NCBI GenBank assembly: GCA_964611435.1
Contig: CAZSXT010000003.1
Span: 102,100 to 166,099 of the forward strand
Length of the DNA stretch: 64,000 nucleotides
Reading direction: 5' to 3'
Source: an uncultured Rhodospirillaceae bacterium
GTDB lineage: Bacteria; Pseudomonadota; Alphaproteobacteria; Rhodospirillales; UBA2165
In this document: piece by piece, positions 39,135 to 47,730 of the stretch
How positions within the stretch are numbered: the stretch's first letter is position 1
How the letters are laid out: the number at the start of each line of letters is the position of its first letter
The notes under the pieces: generated by a model
Database searches by the model: none
The model's input: only the letters and a program-made list of their open reading frames with translations
Told to the model about the DNA's origin: nothing
Position numbers and translations under genes: made by a program

Positions 39135-40124
39135 ATGACCGATCTGCCCATCAACATCGCCATCAGCGAATACGACCATGTCCGGGACTTCGCCGATGGC
39201 CTGGTCACCGCCGCCGGCATCGACGCCAACTTCCTGACCTTCCAGGTGGAGGAGATCTTCTACCGGTTCGTCAACTTTCGGGAATGGGAAGTCTCGGAAA
39301 TGTCGTTCGCCAAATATGTGTCGCTGAAATCCCAGGGCGACGAAAGCGTGACCTCCATCCCGGTGTTTCCGTCGCGGGTGTTCCGGCTGTCGTCCATCTT
39401 TGTGCGCGAAGACTCCAACCTGTCCAAGCCCGAAGACCTGGCCGGCAAGAAGGTTGGCATCCCGGAATGGGCGCAGACGGCCGCCGTCTATTCGCGCGGT
39501 TATTTACAACATCAGGCCTGCATCCCGCTTACCGATATCGACTGGTATCAGGCCGGCGTCAGCCAGGCCGGGCGCAAGGAAAAAGTAAAACTGAAATTGC
39601 CTGACGGGATCAACCTGACACCCCGGCCCGACAAATCCCTGCAGCAGCTTCTGGTCGACGGCGAGATTGATGCGATGATGTCGGCCCACCCGCCCGAATG
39701 GTTCGAGGCAGGCCGGCCCGAGATCAAACGGATGATTCCCGACTATCAGCCGTTGGAGGCCGAGTATTTCGAACAGACCGGCGTGCTGCCGATCATGCAC
39801 ACGATTGCCGTCCGGGGCGACGTGGCGGAGAAACACCCGTGGGTGATGATGAACCTTTTTAAGGCGTTTGATGAGGCCAAGCGCCACAGTGTGGAACGCG
39901 CCTTCGAGATGACGGCGTCCCGCTTCCCAATTCCCTGGGCGCCCCACTTTGCCCAGCAAACGGCGCACCTGTTCGAGGGGGAATACTGGCCCTACGGCGT
40001 GGAGCCGAACCGCAAAACCCTGGAGGCGTTCCTGCTCTACGCCTTTGAACAAGGGGTCTGCCACAAACATCTGGCGCCGGAAGATTTGTTCCCGACGCAT
40101 CTGTTGGACGGTTTCAAGGTATAG
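39135..40124 (+). CDS. 4,5-dihydroxyphthalate decarboxylase-like protein (paralog of 16524-17519)
   Basis: Start ATG 39135 after GGAGGA. MTDLPINIAISEYDHVRDFADGLV... is colinear with the 16.5 kb paralog through to the C-terminal ...PEDLF...L.(A/G)FKV. Confidence 0.6.
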   Translation: MTDLPINIAISEYDHVRDFADGLVTAAGIDANFLTFQVEEIFYRFVNFREWEVSEMSFAKYVSLKSQGDESVTSIPVFPSRVFRLSSIFVREDSNLSKPEDLAGKKVGIPEWAQTAAVYSRGYLQHQACIPLTDIDWYQAGVSQAGRKEKVKLKLPDGINLTPRPDKSLQQLLVDGEIDAMMSAHPPEWFEAGRPEIKRMIPDYQPLEAEYFEQTGVLPIMHTIAVRGDVAEKHPWVMMNLFKAFDEAKRHSVERAFEMTASRFPIPWAPHFAQQTAHLFEGEYWPYGVEPNRKTLEAFLLYAFEQGVCHKHLAPEDLFPTHLLDGFKV

Positions 40125-40215
40125 CCTCAGTTGGAGGTTTCAAGGTTTTGACTCTGATGATTATTTGGCTAGAGTCTGCCCATTCGCACACCAAATTCAC
40201 GGACGACCATTCATC

Positions 40216-40404
40216 ATGAAAATCAAAACCTTTGCTCTTTCCCTCGCCGCCGTGCTGAGCGCCGCCGCTTCCGCCCAGGCCCATGAAGGCGCGTCTGCCA
40301 CGCACTTTGCGACGCAGCCTGACCATGGCGGTCTCATCGTTTTTGTTCTGCTGGGTGTTCTGGCGGCTGGCGCGTTCGCTATCCGGGAAACCATCCGGAA
40401 GTAA
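40216..40404 (+). CDS. hypothetical small exported protein (signal peptide, His-containing 17-aa segment, C-terminal TM anchor)
   Basis: 62 aa: MKIKTFALSLAAVLSAAASAQA | HEGASATHFATQPDHGG | LIVFVLLGVLAAGAFAI RETIRK. No convincing RBS. Called on protein architecture only. Confidence 0.3.
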   Translation: MKIKTFALSLAAVLSAAASAQAHEGASATHFATQPDHGGLIVFVLLGVLAAGAFAIRETIRK

Positions 40405-40428
40405 TACGCCGCACTTAGCGGCGCGCTC

Positions 40429-41700
40429 CTACCATTTAGCTTTTAATTCGTCGGCGTAGGCCTCCCGCCAATCTGCGTCCTTCGGGATGATATTGTCGTG
40501 GGGCCGGATATTCCTGTGCAGCGCAGGGTCGGTCGCACTTGGCATGCCCCCCTGCTCCACCGTCTTGATCGCCGCCAGCATCAACTTCCGCATGGTGATG
40601 ATCGCCTTGTCCGACGTCCCAAGATATTCCTTGGACCGATCAACAATGGGCCCCATGCCTTCCTGCAGCGCGAAATCCTGGGTGTTGATCCCCTCGATAC
40701 CGGTGAAAGAGCCATTCTTCTGCGCCTCCCGGTCGATCAGATAGTCGTTTGACGGATTGCGTTTCAGCCGGAATGTGCCGGGGATGAGGTCGTCCTTGCC
40801 GCGGCCATAGGCTTTCTCGAAGTCTTGCGAAATTTTCCCCGTAATCGGCACGGATTCGTCATAGCCGCACATCCAGTTATAAACAATGGTCTGCTCGTCA
40901 TCGATGGGCACCCAGATATGGCCGTTGAGCTTCGGCACTTTCGCCGGTCCGCCATTGCGCTCCTGGGTGTTGGCGCGCATCTGCTGGGCCGGCATCACGT
41001 AATGATAGACCCTGATATAATTTCCGGCCTCACCCACATCACGGGTAGAGACGTAGTGATAGCCGTAGTCGGTTTCGTGAACCTGAATATCCGGCGCCCC
41101 GTCCCGGCTACGCAACTGCGTCGGGTCATGCATGTCATTTCGATGGAGGTAAGACGAATGAGATGTATCCAGCCCCCCTTCCATAGCCTGTAGATAGTTG
41201 CAGCCCTCGTAAGTCTTGGAGACAAACCGGTGGGTCTCCGGCGCGCGGGTCCATTCGTAATCCGGAGGGTCGGGCATCTGATCCTTCGGTCCCATATAGG
41301 CCCAAAGCACGCCGCCGGCTTCGTGGACCTTGTAGGCCGGGAGCTTGGCCTTGTTCTTCATCGGACTGTCGGCGGGTTCCGACGGCAGATCGACACAATT
41401 GCCGTCCACATCGAACTTCCAGCCGTGATAGACGCAGCGCAATCCGCACTCTTCATTGCGGCCGAAGAACATTGGGGCTAGCCGATGGGGACAATAGGCG
41501 CCGACCAGTCCGATCCGGCCCTCGGTATCCCGAAAGACCAGCAAATCTTCACCCAACAGGCGCAAACGCACCGGTTCGCCATCGGCCTCGGTTATTTCGG
41601 TTGTCAGGAGCGCCGGCCACCAAAAGCGGCGCAACATATCCCCGCCGGGCGTGCCGGGACCAACCCGTGTGACGCGATCATTATCTTCTCTGCTCAGCAT
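40429..41700 (-). CDS. Rieske [2Fe-2S] oxygenase, phthalate-dioxygenase family (second copy)
   Basis: 423 aa. CPHRLAPMFFGRNEECGLRCVYHGWKF, and an N-terminal ...GTPGGDMLRRFWWPA... Clear paralog of 18554-19837. Confidence 0.85.
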   Translation of the reverse strand: MLSREDNDRVTRVGPGTPGGDMLRRFWWPALLTTEITEADGEPVRLRLLGEDLLVFRDTEGRIGLVGAYCPHRLAPMFFGRNEECGLRCVYHGWKFDVDGNCVDLPSEPADSPMKNKAKLPAYKVHEAGGVLWAYMGPKDQMPDPPDYEWTRAPETHRFVSKTYEGCNYLQAMEGGLDTSHSSYLHRNDMHDPTQLRSRDGAPDIQVHETDYGYHYVSTRDVGEAGNYIRVYHYVMPAQQMRANTQERNGGPAKVPKLNGHIWVPIDDEQTIVYNWMCGYDESVPITGKISQDFEKAYGRGKDDLIPGTFRLKRNPSNDYLIDREAQKNGSFTGIEGINTQDFALQEGMGPIVDRSKEYLGTSDKAIITMRKLMLAAIKTVEQGGMPSATDPALHRNIRPHDNIIPKDADWREAYADELKAKW

Positions 41701-41701
41701 T

Positions 41702-42820
41702 TCACTCTTTCCAAGGCTCCACGGTGATGTGAATGGATGGTTCGTCGGCCTCGCCGCCGACCATGCGCAGCGCGTGATCCAGGTCTTTCAGACCTATCAC
41801 ATGGCTGGACATTTTCTCCAGCGGCAGCCGCCCCGTCGCCATCGCCCCCAAGGCCAGCTCCACGGCGTCATAGGAATGGCCGCGCAGCCCTTTGAAGGTG
41901 ATTTGTTTGTTGATGATCTGGTTCATGTCGAAATCGGCGACCGAGCCCTTGCGCGCGGCGATCTGCATGATGCCTCGTTTGCGCAGCAGTCCGAGATGAT
42001 CATTGATGACTTCGGGGCCCGCGCCGCTGACCTCCAGGACAATGTCCAGCATCCGGCCATTGGTCAGGCGTTCGACCTCTGCCGCCAGATTTTGTTCATC
42101 CACCATCACCACATGATGTGCGCCCAGCTCAAGGGCAACATCCAGCCGGTGCTTATCCTTGGCCAGACCGGAGACAATAATCAGGTCCGCACCGGCCGAG
42201 GCCGCGCCGATGACACTGCCCAGGCCCTGCTGACCGGGGCCTTGAATCAGGATCGATTTACCCGGTCCCGCGCCGCCGTCCATCACCGCCCACTGAAAAC
42301 CATTGCCGATGGGTAGCGCCATGGCGGCAATGTGGTTGGGCACGCCGTCGGGCACCTGATGCAGCACCGTCCGCGGATGCATATACAGATACTGGCTATA
42401 GCCGCCCCAAAGGGACGGATCACGGGAGACAGGCGTCGAGCCGTAGCGGATCGAACCCGGAATACGGGAGTCCGTCGAAAGACACGACCGGTATTCGCCG
42501 GACCGGCAATATTCGCAATAGCCACAGGGCAGATACTCTTCGAGGGCGACAACATCGCCTTCGCTCACCCCCCATTTGTCCCGGGCGATATCGCCGAGCG
42601 CGACAATGGTGCCAACCATTTCGTGGCCGAGGATACGGGGGCCGGGGTCCTTGCGTTGATACATGCCCCAATCGCTGCCGCAGATGCCCGTCGCATCCAC
42701 CTTCAACAAGCCGGCATCCGGCGGAATCTCGGGCAGAGAAAATTCCTGAATTTCGGTTTCCAGCGGACTTACCGCCACAGCCGCCCTGGACGCTTCGAGA
42801 ACAGTCATGGTCTTTTGCAC
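41702..42820 (-). CDS. zinc-dependent alcohol dehydrogenase family (MDR) oxidoreductase
   Basis: 372 aa. GICGSDWGMY, GHEMVG, structural-zinc Cys cluster CGYCEYCRSGEYRSC, and the Rossmann motif IQGPGQQGLG. Its stop is 1 nt from the Rieske start. Confidence 0.85.
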   Translation of the reverse strand: MQKTMTVLEASRAAVAVSPLETEIQEFSLPEIPPDAGLLKVDATGICGSDWGMYQRKDPGPRILGHEMVGTIVALGDIARDKWGVSEGDVVALEEYLPCGYCEYCRSGEYRSCLSTDSRIPGSIRYGSTPVSRDPSLWGGYSQYLYMHPRTVLHQVPDGVPNHIAAMALPIGNGFQWAVMDGGAGPGKSILIQGPGQQGLGSVIGAASAGADLIIVSGLAKDKHRLDVALELGAHHVVMVDEQNLAAEVERLTNGRMLDIVLEVSGAGPEVINDHLGLLRKRGIMQIAARKGSVADFDMNQIINKQITFKGLRGHSYDAVELALGAMATGRLPLEKMSSHVIGLKDLDHALRMVGGEADEPSIHITVEPWKE

Positions 42821-42967
42821 CGTGATCTATGAATTCGGCAGGATATTCCCTTGGCTTCGGTTATACCTTTCAGGCCGGTTTTTTCCATAGGTTTCTCTGT
42901 ATTTTTCTTCCCGGACTTTTGTATTAGTGTTGCAATCTTGTATGACACTGAAAGAAGTCGAACCGCC

Positions 42968-43585
42968 ATGCCGCACGACGATCACGGAGATACCGAGAAT
43001 ACCGGGCACCACAGGGTTTTCTCCCTGATTGGACACAACCAGATCAGCGACGAGGAACATGAAGCCAAGTTCGAACGCTGGTCCAAGAAGCGTACCTTTG
43101 TCCGCGCCTTAGAGGGCACTTACGGCCAGCTGGTCGAAGAGCTGTTCAATCAGCCCCGAGTCTACTCCACCAGCGACATGGAATGGAAGGGCGGACCGCA
43201 ACAATTCGGCAAGAAGGTCATCAACCCACAGCAAAACCGGGTCGCCCAAAGCATCGAATGCCATGTGGACGTTTATTCCCCGGGCGGCACCAGCGCCAAG
43301 CACGGGCACATGAACAGCGCGGTGTTTTATATCCTCAAGGGCAAGGGACACGATATCCACGACGGCAAGCGCCATGACTGGGAAGCCGGCGACGCCATGA
43401 TCGTCGAGAACGCCTGCGTCCATCAGCACTGCAATACGGAGTCCGACGAGGAAGCACGGGTCCTGGTGTTCAAAGCCAAGCCTCTTTTCTTGTTCATGCA
43501 CCTGTTATTTCAGAAAATGGTCAAATATCCACCCAAGGATGCGCCGGTCGGACACGAAGATTATCAACCACCGGAAGAACTTTAG
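42968..43585 (+). CDS. monocupin metalloprotein with a His/Asp-rich N-terminus
   Basis: 205 aa from ATG 42968. MPHDDHGDTENTGHH..., with cupin motifs GGTSAKHGHMNSAVFYILKGKG and ENACVHQHCN. Confidence 0.6.
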   Translation: MPHDDHGDTENTGHHRVFSLIGHNQISDEEHEAKFERWSKKRTFVRALEGTYGQLVEELFNQPRVYSTSDMEWKGGPQQFGKKVINPQQNRVAQSIECHVDVYSPGGTSAKHGHMNSAVFYILKGKGHDIHDGKRHDWEAGDAMIVENACVHQHCNTESDEEARVLVFKAKPLFLFMHLLFQKMVKYPPKDAPVGHEDYQPPEEL

Positions 43586-43599
43586 GGGAGCGCCTGGCC

Positions 43600-44151
43600 T
43601 TGAAAGCTATCGACGATGCCGACCGCGCCCGCTTGATGGGCAAGGAAGTCAACTTCTACGCCGACGCCTTAAAGGCCTCGGAGGAGTTCCGCGCCGATTA
43701 CGCCACCCGGCTACGGGTGATTAAAAGCGAAGAAATGCCGTGGGAGAATTCACCCGACGGGCTGATCAAGCACATCATCAACGAGCGTATGGACACGGCG
43801 GAGCATTGCGTCGACGCCTATATGCAGTTCCTGAAACCCAATGAAGCGTCGGGCAAGCACCGGCATCTAAGCGAAGAGCTGGTCTTTGTCCTGGAAGGCG
43901 AAGGCTATGACCTGCACTGGGACGTGAAGTTCGAGTGCCTGGAGACCTTTGAATGGGAATGGGACGAGGAACCAAAACGCTATGATTGGAAGAGCGGCGA
44001 TTTCGTCTACATACCGCCTTACTGCGCCCACCAGCATTTCGCCAAGGACAGCGAGTGCCGTTTCATCTGTATCACCAGCCGCATCGTCAAAGCCATGGGC
44101 TTTGACTGGCACGACCAGTTGGAAAACGCCGCGAGCTATCTGGCGGATTAA
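43600..44151 (+). CDS. monocupin metalloprotein
   Basis: 183 aa. TTG start 9 nt after GGGGAG. Cupin motifs ASGKHRHLSEELVFVLEGEG and PPYCAHQHF. Confidence 0.65.
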   Translation: MKAIDDADRARLMGKEVNFYADALKASEEFRADYATRLRVIKSEEMPWENSPDGLIKHIINERMDTAEHCVDAYMQFLKPNEASGKHRHLSEELVFVLEGEGYDLHWDVKFECLETFEWEWDEEPKRYDWKSGDFVYIPPYCAHQHFAKDSECRFICITSRIVKAMGFDWHDQLENAASYLAD

Positions 44152-44509
44152 GGCCGGGCATTCTTAGTTCAGCGTGGGTACGCGGATCACGCTCCTCCGG
44201 AGCGGTCCGCGCATGACTAGTTTTGTTGAGCGGGTCAAAATTTATTTAGTCACCCACGGACCGCCCGCGGACTTAATCCGCGTGGCGTGATCCGTGGACC
44301 CATCTTAAAAAAACTACCGAGCGCACGAAAGGCACAGAGGGACTTTCGAGTTCTTCCCCCTCCTCTTTTTGTGCGTCACCCCCGAGTTGGCGCAGCCAAG
44401 TCTCGGGGGACCATGGGCCTTAGCCGAGAAGATTGAAACGTCGGATGGACCCCCGACAGTCGCTTCGCGAGTCGGGGGCGACGCTTGCAGGGGGACGAGG
44501 AGAGGCGCG
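44152..44509 (+). repeat. mosaic extragenic repeat cluster 5 (modules A-B-C(partial)-D-E)
   Basis: A 44174-44220 (46/47 identical to 33856-33902). Degenerate B 44246-44300. C fragment 44316-44360. D 44372-44417 (46/46 identical to 11301-11346). E hairpin CCCCCGAC...GTCGGGGG 44450-44478. Confidence 0.8.
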
Positions 44510-45328
44510 CTAAGACTTCAACAGCTTCGCCACCGCTTCCATCGATAACCCATCCGCCAGGTCGGCCATCAACGCCGACATGGGCATTTCGGTGCCGGTT
44601 TGATCCCGGATCACCATGGCGTTCTTCATGTCCTTCACCGGCCAGGCCGGATTGATCAGCGGCAGCCGCCGCAGCGCCCAGCTATCGCCCGAGCAGTCAT
44701 ACATGGCCTTGCGCATGGTCTCCGCATCCAGGCCCAGATCCTTGGACATGGACAGCACCTCCATTGTAGTCTGCATGTTGCACCAGAGAAGGATGTTATT
44801 GACGGTCTTGGCCACCTGCCCCGCGCCCAAGGGGCCCAAATGATGGATCACTTCACCGAACGTCTCCAGGACCGGCCGCGCTTTGGCCAGCACGCCTGCC
44901 TCCCCGCCAACCAGAAGCGCCAGGGTGCCGGCATCCGCTGCTTCCGGCCCGCGGGTCGACGGACAATCCAGAATATCGACGCCGTCGGGCGCCGCAGCGG
45001 CGATCTCGGTCACCGTTTCCGGCATGAGCGACGAACACAGAACGACAATCGTTCCCGGCGTCGCGCCGGCTAACGCGCCGGCATCGCCGAGACACGCCGC
45101 CCGCACGTCATCGTCCGACGGCACAATGACGATCACCACGTCGCTGGCCGCCGCCACGGCCGCGGCTGAGTCCAACGTCTCTACCCCCGCGTCCGACGCA
45201 GCCGACATCGGCCCTTCAGTGATATCAAAACCCAAGACATTGTAGCCGGCGTTCAGACAGTGCTTCGCCTTGGCGAGGCCCATCCGGCCCAGGCCGGCAA
45301 AGCCGACCGTTTTGATTTCATCCGTCAT
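44510..45328 (-). CDS. NAD(P)-dependent oxidoreductase, 3-hydroxyisobutyrate dehydrogenase (HIBADH) family
   Basis: 272 aa. GFAGLGRMG dinucleotide motif and a ...GAGQVAKTVNN... catalytic block. Confidence 0.85.
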   Translation of the reverse strand: MTDEIKTVGFAGLGRMGLAKAKHCLNAGYNVLGFDITEGPMSAASDAGVETLDSAAAVAAASDVVIVIVPSDDDVRAACLGDAGALAGATPGTIVVLCSSLMPETVTEIAAAAPDGVDILDCPSTRGPEAADAGTLALLVGGEAGVLAKARPVLETFGEVIHHLGPLGAGQVAKTVNNILLWCNMQTTMEVLSMSKDLGLDAETMRKAMYDCSGDSWALRRLPLINPAWPVKDMKNAMVIRDQTGTEMPMSALMADLADGLSMEAVAKLLKS

Positions 45329-45329
45329 G

Positions 45330-46187
45330 TTACTCTCCCACCCGTTTGACGCCGCCGCCGGTCACCGTACGGCCAATATAGGTAGCCTGGGGTCCGTACA
45401 GCAAATCTTGGATATCCTGATGAGTGATCAGCTTGACCAGCTGATCCACCTGCCCGAACAGGGGCATAGTGACACCGCTCTTCTGCGCCACGTCCATAAC
45501 AATATCCATGTCCTTTTCCTGCCAGGTTAGCCAGGTATCGTCCCAGGTCTCTAGCGTGCCGTTAGTGCCGGGACACTGCAGCAACACCTCGCGCAGTTTC
45601 TGGGCGTCCATGCCGTGGCGTTTGGCCAGCAGCAGCGCCTCGAAGTTCGAGACACAATTGGCCCAGTGCAGCATATTATTGACCGCTTTCGCCAATTGGC
45701 CGTGGCCGATCTCGCCAACCCGCAACACGCCCCGGCTGAACGCCATCATGGCCGGCGTAATGAATTCGATATCCGCCTCGTCGCCGCCGCAAAGACACAG
45801 AAGCGTGCCGTCGCGGGCGCCGCCGCTGCCAAACACCACCGGCGAATCCACCAGCCGCACCTTCGTCCCGTCGGCGATCTTGGCGGCCTCGGCGATGGCC
45901 TCCGGATGCACCGTGGAGGAAACGACGACGACGATCTCGTGACCCGCATTCGCCAGTTCGGTCACCACGTTGATCATCTGTTCATCGGTGGCGACGGCAA
46001 CAATCGCCATTTCCGCCTGCTCGGCCATTTCGCCCAAATTTGCAACGGCTTTTGCGCCGCCGCCGGTTGCCTCTTCGACCTTTTCCCAATCCACGTCATA
46101 GACATAGACCTCGTCGTTGCCCCGCTTCAATAGATGCCCCACCATGGCGGCGCCCATGACGCCCAATCCGATCATCCCGACTTTCAT
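45330..46187 (-). CDS. NAD(P)-dependent oxidoreductase, HIBADH family (tandem paralog)
   Basis: 285 aa. GMIGLGVMG and ...GHGQLAKAVNN... Its stop is 1 nt from the next gene start. Confidence 0.85.
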   Translation of the reverse strand: MKVGMIGLGVMGAAMVGHLLKRGNDEVYVYDVDWEKVEEATGGGAKAVANLGEMAEQAEMAIVAVATDEQMINVVTELANAGHEIVVVVSSTVHPEAIAEAAKIADGTKVRLVDSPVVFGSGGARDGTLLCLCGGDEADIEFITPAMMAFSRGVLRVGEIGHGQLAKAVNNMLHWANCVSNFEALLLAKRHGMDAQKLREVLLQCPGTNGTLETWDDTWLTWQEKDMDIVMDVAQKSGVTMPLFGQVDQLVKLITHQDIQDLLYGPQATYIGRTVTGGGVKRVGE

Positions 46188-46264
46188 TACTTCCTCCCTA
46201 CGCTACGTGTCCGGCAAATTTGCCCTCGCAATTGTTTCTCAAATTATGCCATACTTTGAAATAC

Positions 46265-46287
46265 ATAGAATTCTAAGTGGTTTGACG
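46265..46287. promoter_or_regulatory. operator-like site ATAGAATTCTAAGTGGTTTGACG (TTAGA-N2-TCTAA family) overlapping a possible -35 box
   Basis: Perfect 10-bp palindrome TAGAATTCTA. TTGACG is followed 17 nt later by TTAAAC. Lies in the divergent region between the HIBADH pair and the TTT receptor gene. Confidence 0.45.
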
Positions 46288-46354
46288 CCAAAAAAATCAA
46301 GCACTTAAACTTGGTTCTATATGTTGAACGGCATTTCACAGGGAGGAAAATGTC

Positions 46355-47638
46355 ATGAAAGCTCTCACCAAGCTGAGCATCGTCGGCGTTGCCGGTCTCG
46401 CGGCGGGACTTGTCGCCGCCGGTCCCGTGACCGCCCAGTCGGTCGCGGATTTCTACAAAGACAAGACCATCACCATGTGGGTCGGCTACAGCGCCGGCGG
46501 CGGGTATGACACTTATGCCCGTACGGTCGCGCGGCACATGACTAAGCATGTTCCGGGCAATCCCAAGATCGTCGTGAAGAACAAGCCCGGCGCCGGCAGT
46601 ATGCTGGTCGCCAACGAGCTTTATAACACTCTGCCCAAGGACGGCACCGCCATCGGCGTGGTCGGCCGCGGCATGCCCATGGAACCACTGCTCGGAAATA
46701 AGGCCGCCAAGTTTGACGCCAGCAAATATACCTGGCTTGGCAGCGCCAATAACGAGGTCAGCGTCTGCGTCTCCTGGAAAGGCATCGGCATCGATTCCGT
46801 CGATGACATGAAGAAGAAGCAGATGACCGTTGGCGGCACCGGGCCTGGCGCCGACACGGACACGTTCCCGAAAGTTCTGAATAACGTGATTGGCACCAAG
46901 CTTAAACTGGTCACCGGCTATCCCGGCGGCACGGACGTCAACTTCGCCATGGAACGGCGGGAGTTGGGCGGACGTTGCGGTTATTCCTGGACCAGCCTGA
47001 AATCCCGCAAAGCCGACTGGCTGAAGGAAAAGAAAGTCACCGTGCTGTTGCAAATGTCGACCGAGAAACATCCGGACCTGCCGGACGTGCCGTTCATCAT
47101 GGATTTGGCCAGCAACAAGGAGGAACGGGACATCCTGTCCTTCGTCTTTGCCCGTCAGGCCTGGGGCCGGCCGTTCATGGGCCCTCCGGGCATCCCGGCC
47201 GACCGCGCCAAGGCGCTACAAACTGCGTTCATGGCGACCATGAAGGATCCGGCGTTCGTGTCTGATGCGACCAAGCAAAAGCTGGAAGTCACCCCAATCA
47301 GCGGCGCGCAGATCGAGAAGATGATCGCCGATCTCTACGCCACGCCGAAGGCCTTGGTTGAAAAAGCCAAGATCGCCACCGACAGCGATGAAAAGACCGA
47401 AATCGCCAAGGCGGTGATCCCGATCGAAACGGTCAAGGGCAAGATCACCAAACTGCGCAACGGCAACCGCCGGGTGTCCTATGCCGGTGAAGGCAAAAAG
47501 GGCAACCTGTCGGTCAGCGGCAGCAAGACCAAGGTTATGGTCGGCGGTAAGAAGACCAAGCGGAAGGCGCTGAAAGTGGGTATGGCCTGCTCCTTCACCT
47601 TCCAAGGTTCCGCTGCAAAAGAAATCAACTGCAGCTAA
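46355..47638 (+). CDS. TTT family (Bug/TctC-like) solute-binding protein with a C-terminal extension of about 95 aa
   Basis: Signal peptide, then ...WVGYSAGGGYDTYARTVARHM...NKPGAGS... is homologous to the in-window TctC (24744-25709). An extra Lys/Gly-rich beta-type tail spans about 47345-47638. Confidence 0.8.
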   Translation: MKALTKLSIVGVAGLAAGLVAAGPVTAQSVADFYKDKTITMWVGYSAGGGYDTYARTVARHMTKHVPGNPKIVVKNKPGAGSMLVANELYNTLPKDGTAIGVVGRGMPMEPLLGNKAAKFDASKYTWLGSANNEVSVCVSWKGIGIDSVDDMKKKQMTVGGTGPGADTDTFPKVLNNVIGTKLKLVTGYPGGTDVNFAMERRELGGRCGYSWTSLKSRKADWLKEKKVTVLLQMSTEKHPDLPDVPFIMDLASNKEERDILSFVFARQAWGRPFMGPPGIPADRAKALQTAFMATMKDPAFVSDATKQKLEVTPISGAQIEKMIADLYATPKALVEKAKIATDSDEKTEIAKAVIPIETVKGKITKLRNGNRRVSYAGEGKKGNLSVSGSKTKVMVGGKKTKRKALKVGMACSFTFQGSAAKEINCS

Positions 47639-47655
47639 GCCTGTACGTGAATCAA

Positions 47656-47692
47656 GGGGAACGGGTCGCCAGCCGATCCGTCTCCCCTTTTT
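47656..47692 (+). terminator. intercistronic intrinsic terminator/attenuator between the TTT receptor and permease genes
   Basis: GGGGAACGG-13 nt-CCGTCTCCCC followed by TTTTT, 18 nt after the stop codon. Confidence 0.55.
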
Positions 47693-47730
47693 CATTTTGC
47701 TCATCCCCCTGCCCCTAGGTCGGAAGACTC

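Noticed and set aside
40407-40423. CGCCGC-actta-GCGGCG hairpin between the small ORF and the Rieske 3' end
   Set aside because: It is a 6-bp stem without flanking U or A runs. It is plausible as a terminator but not supportable.
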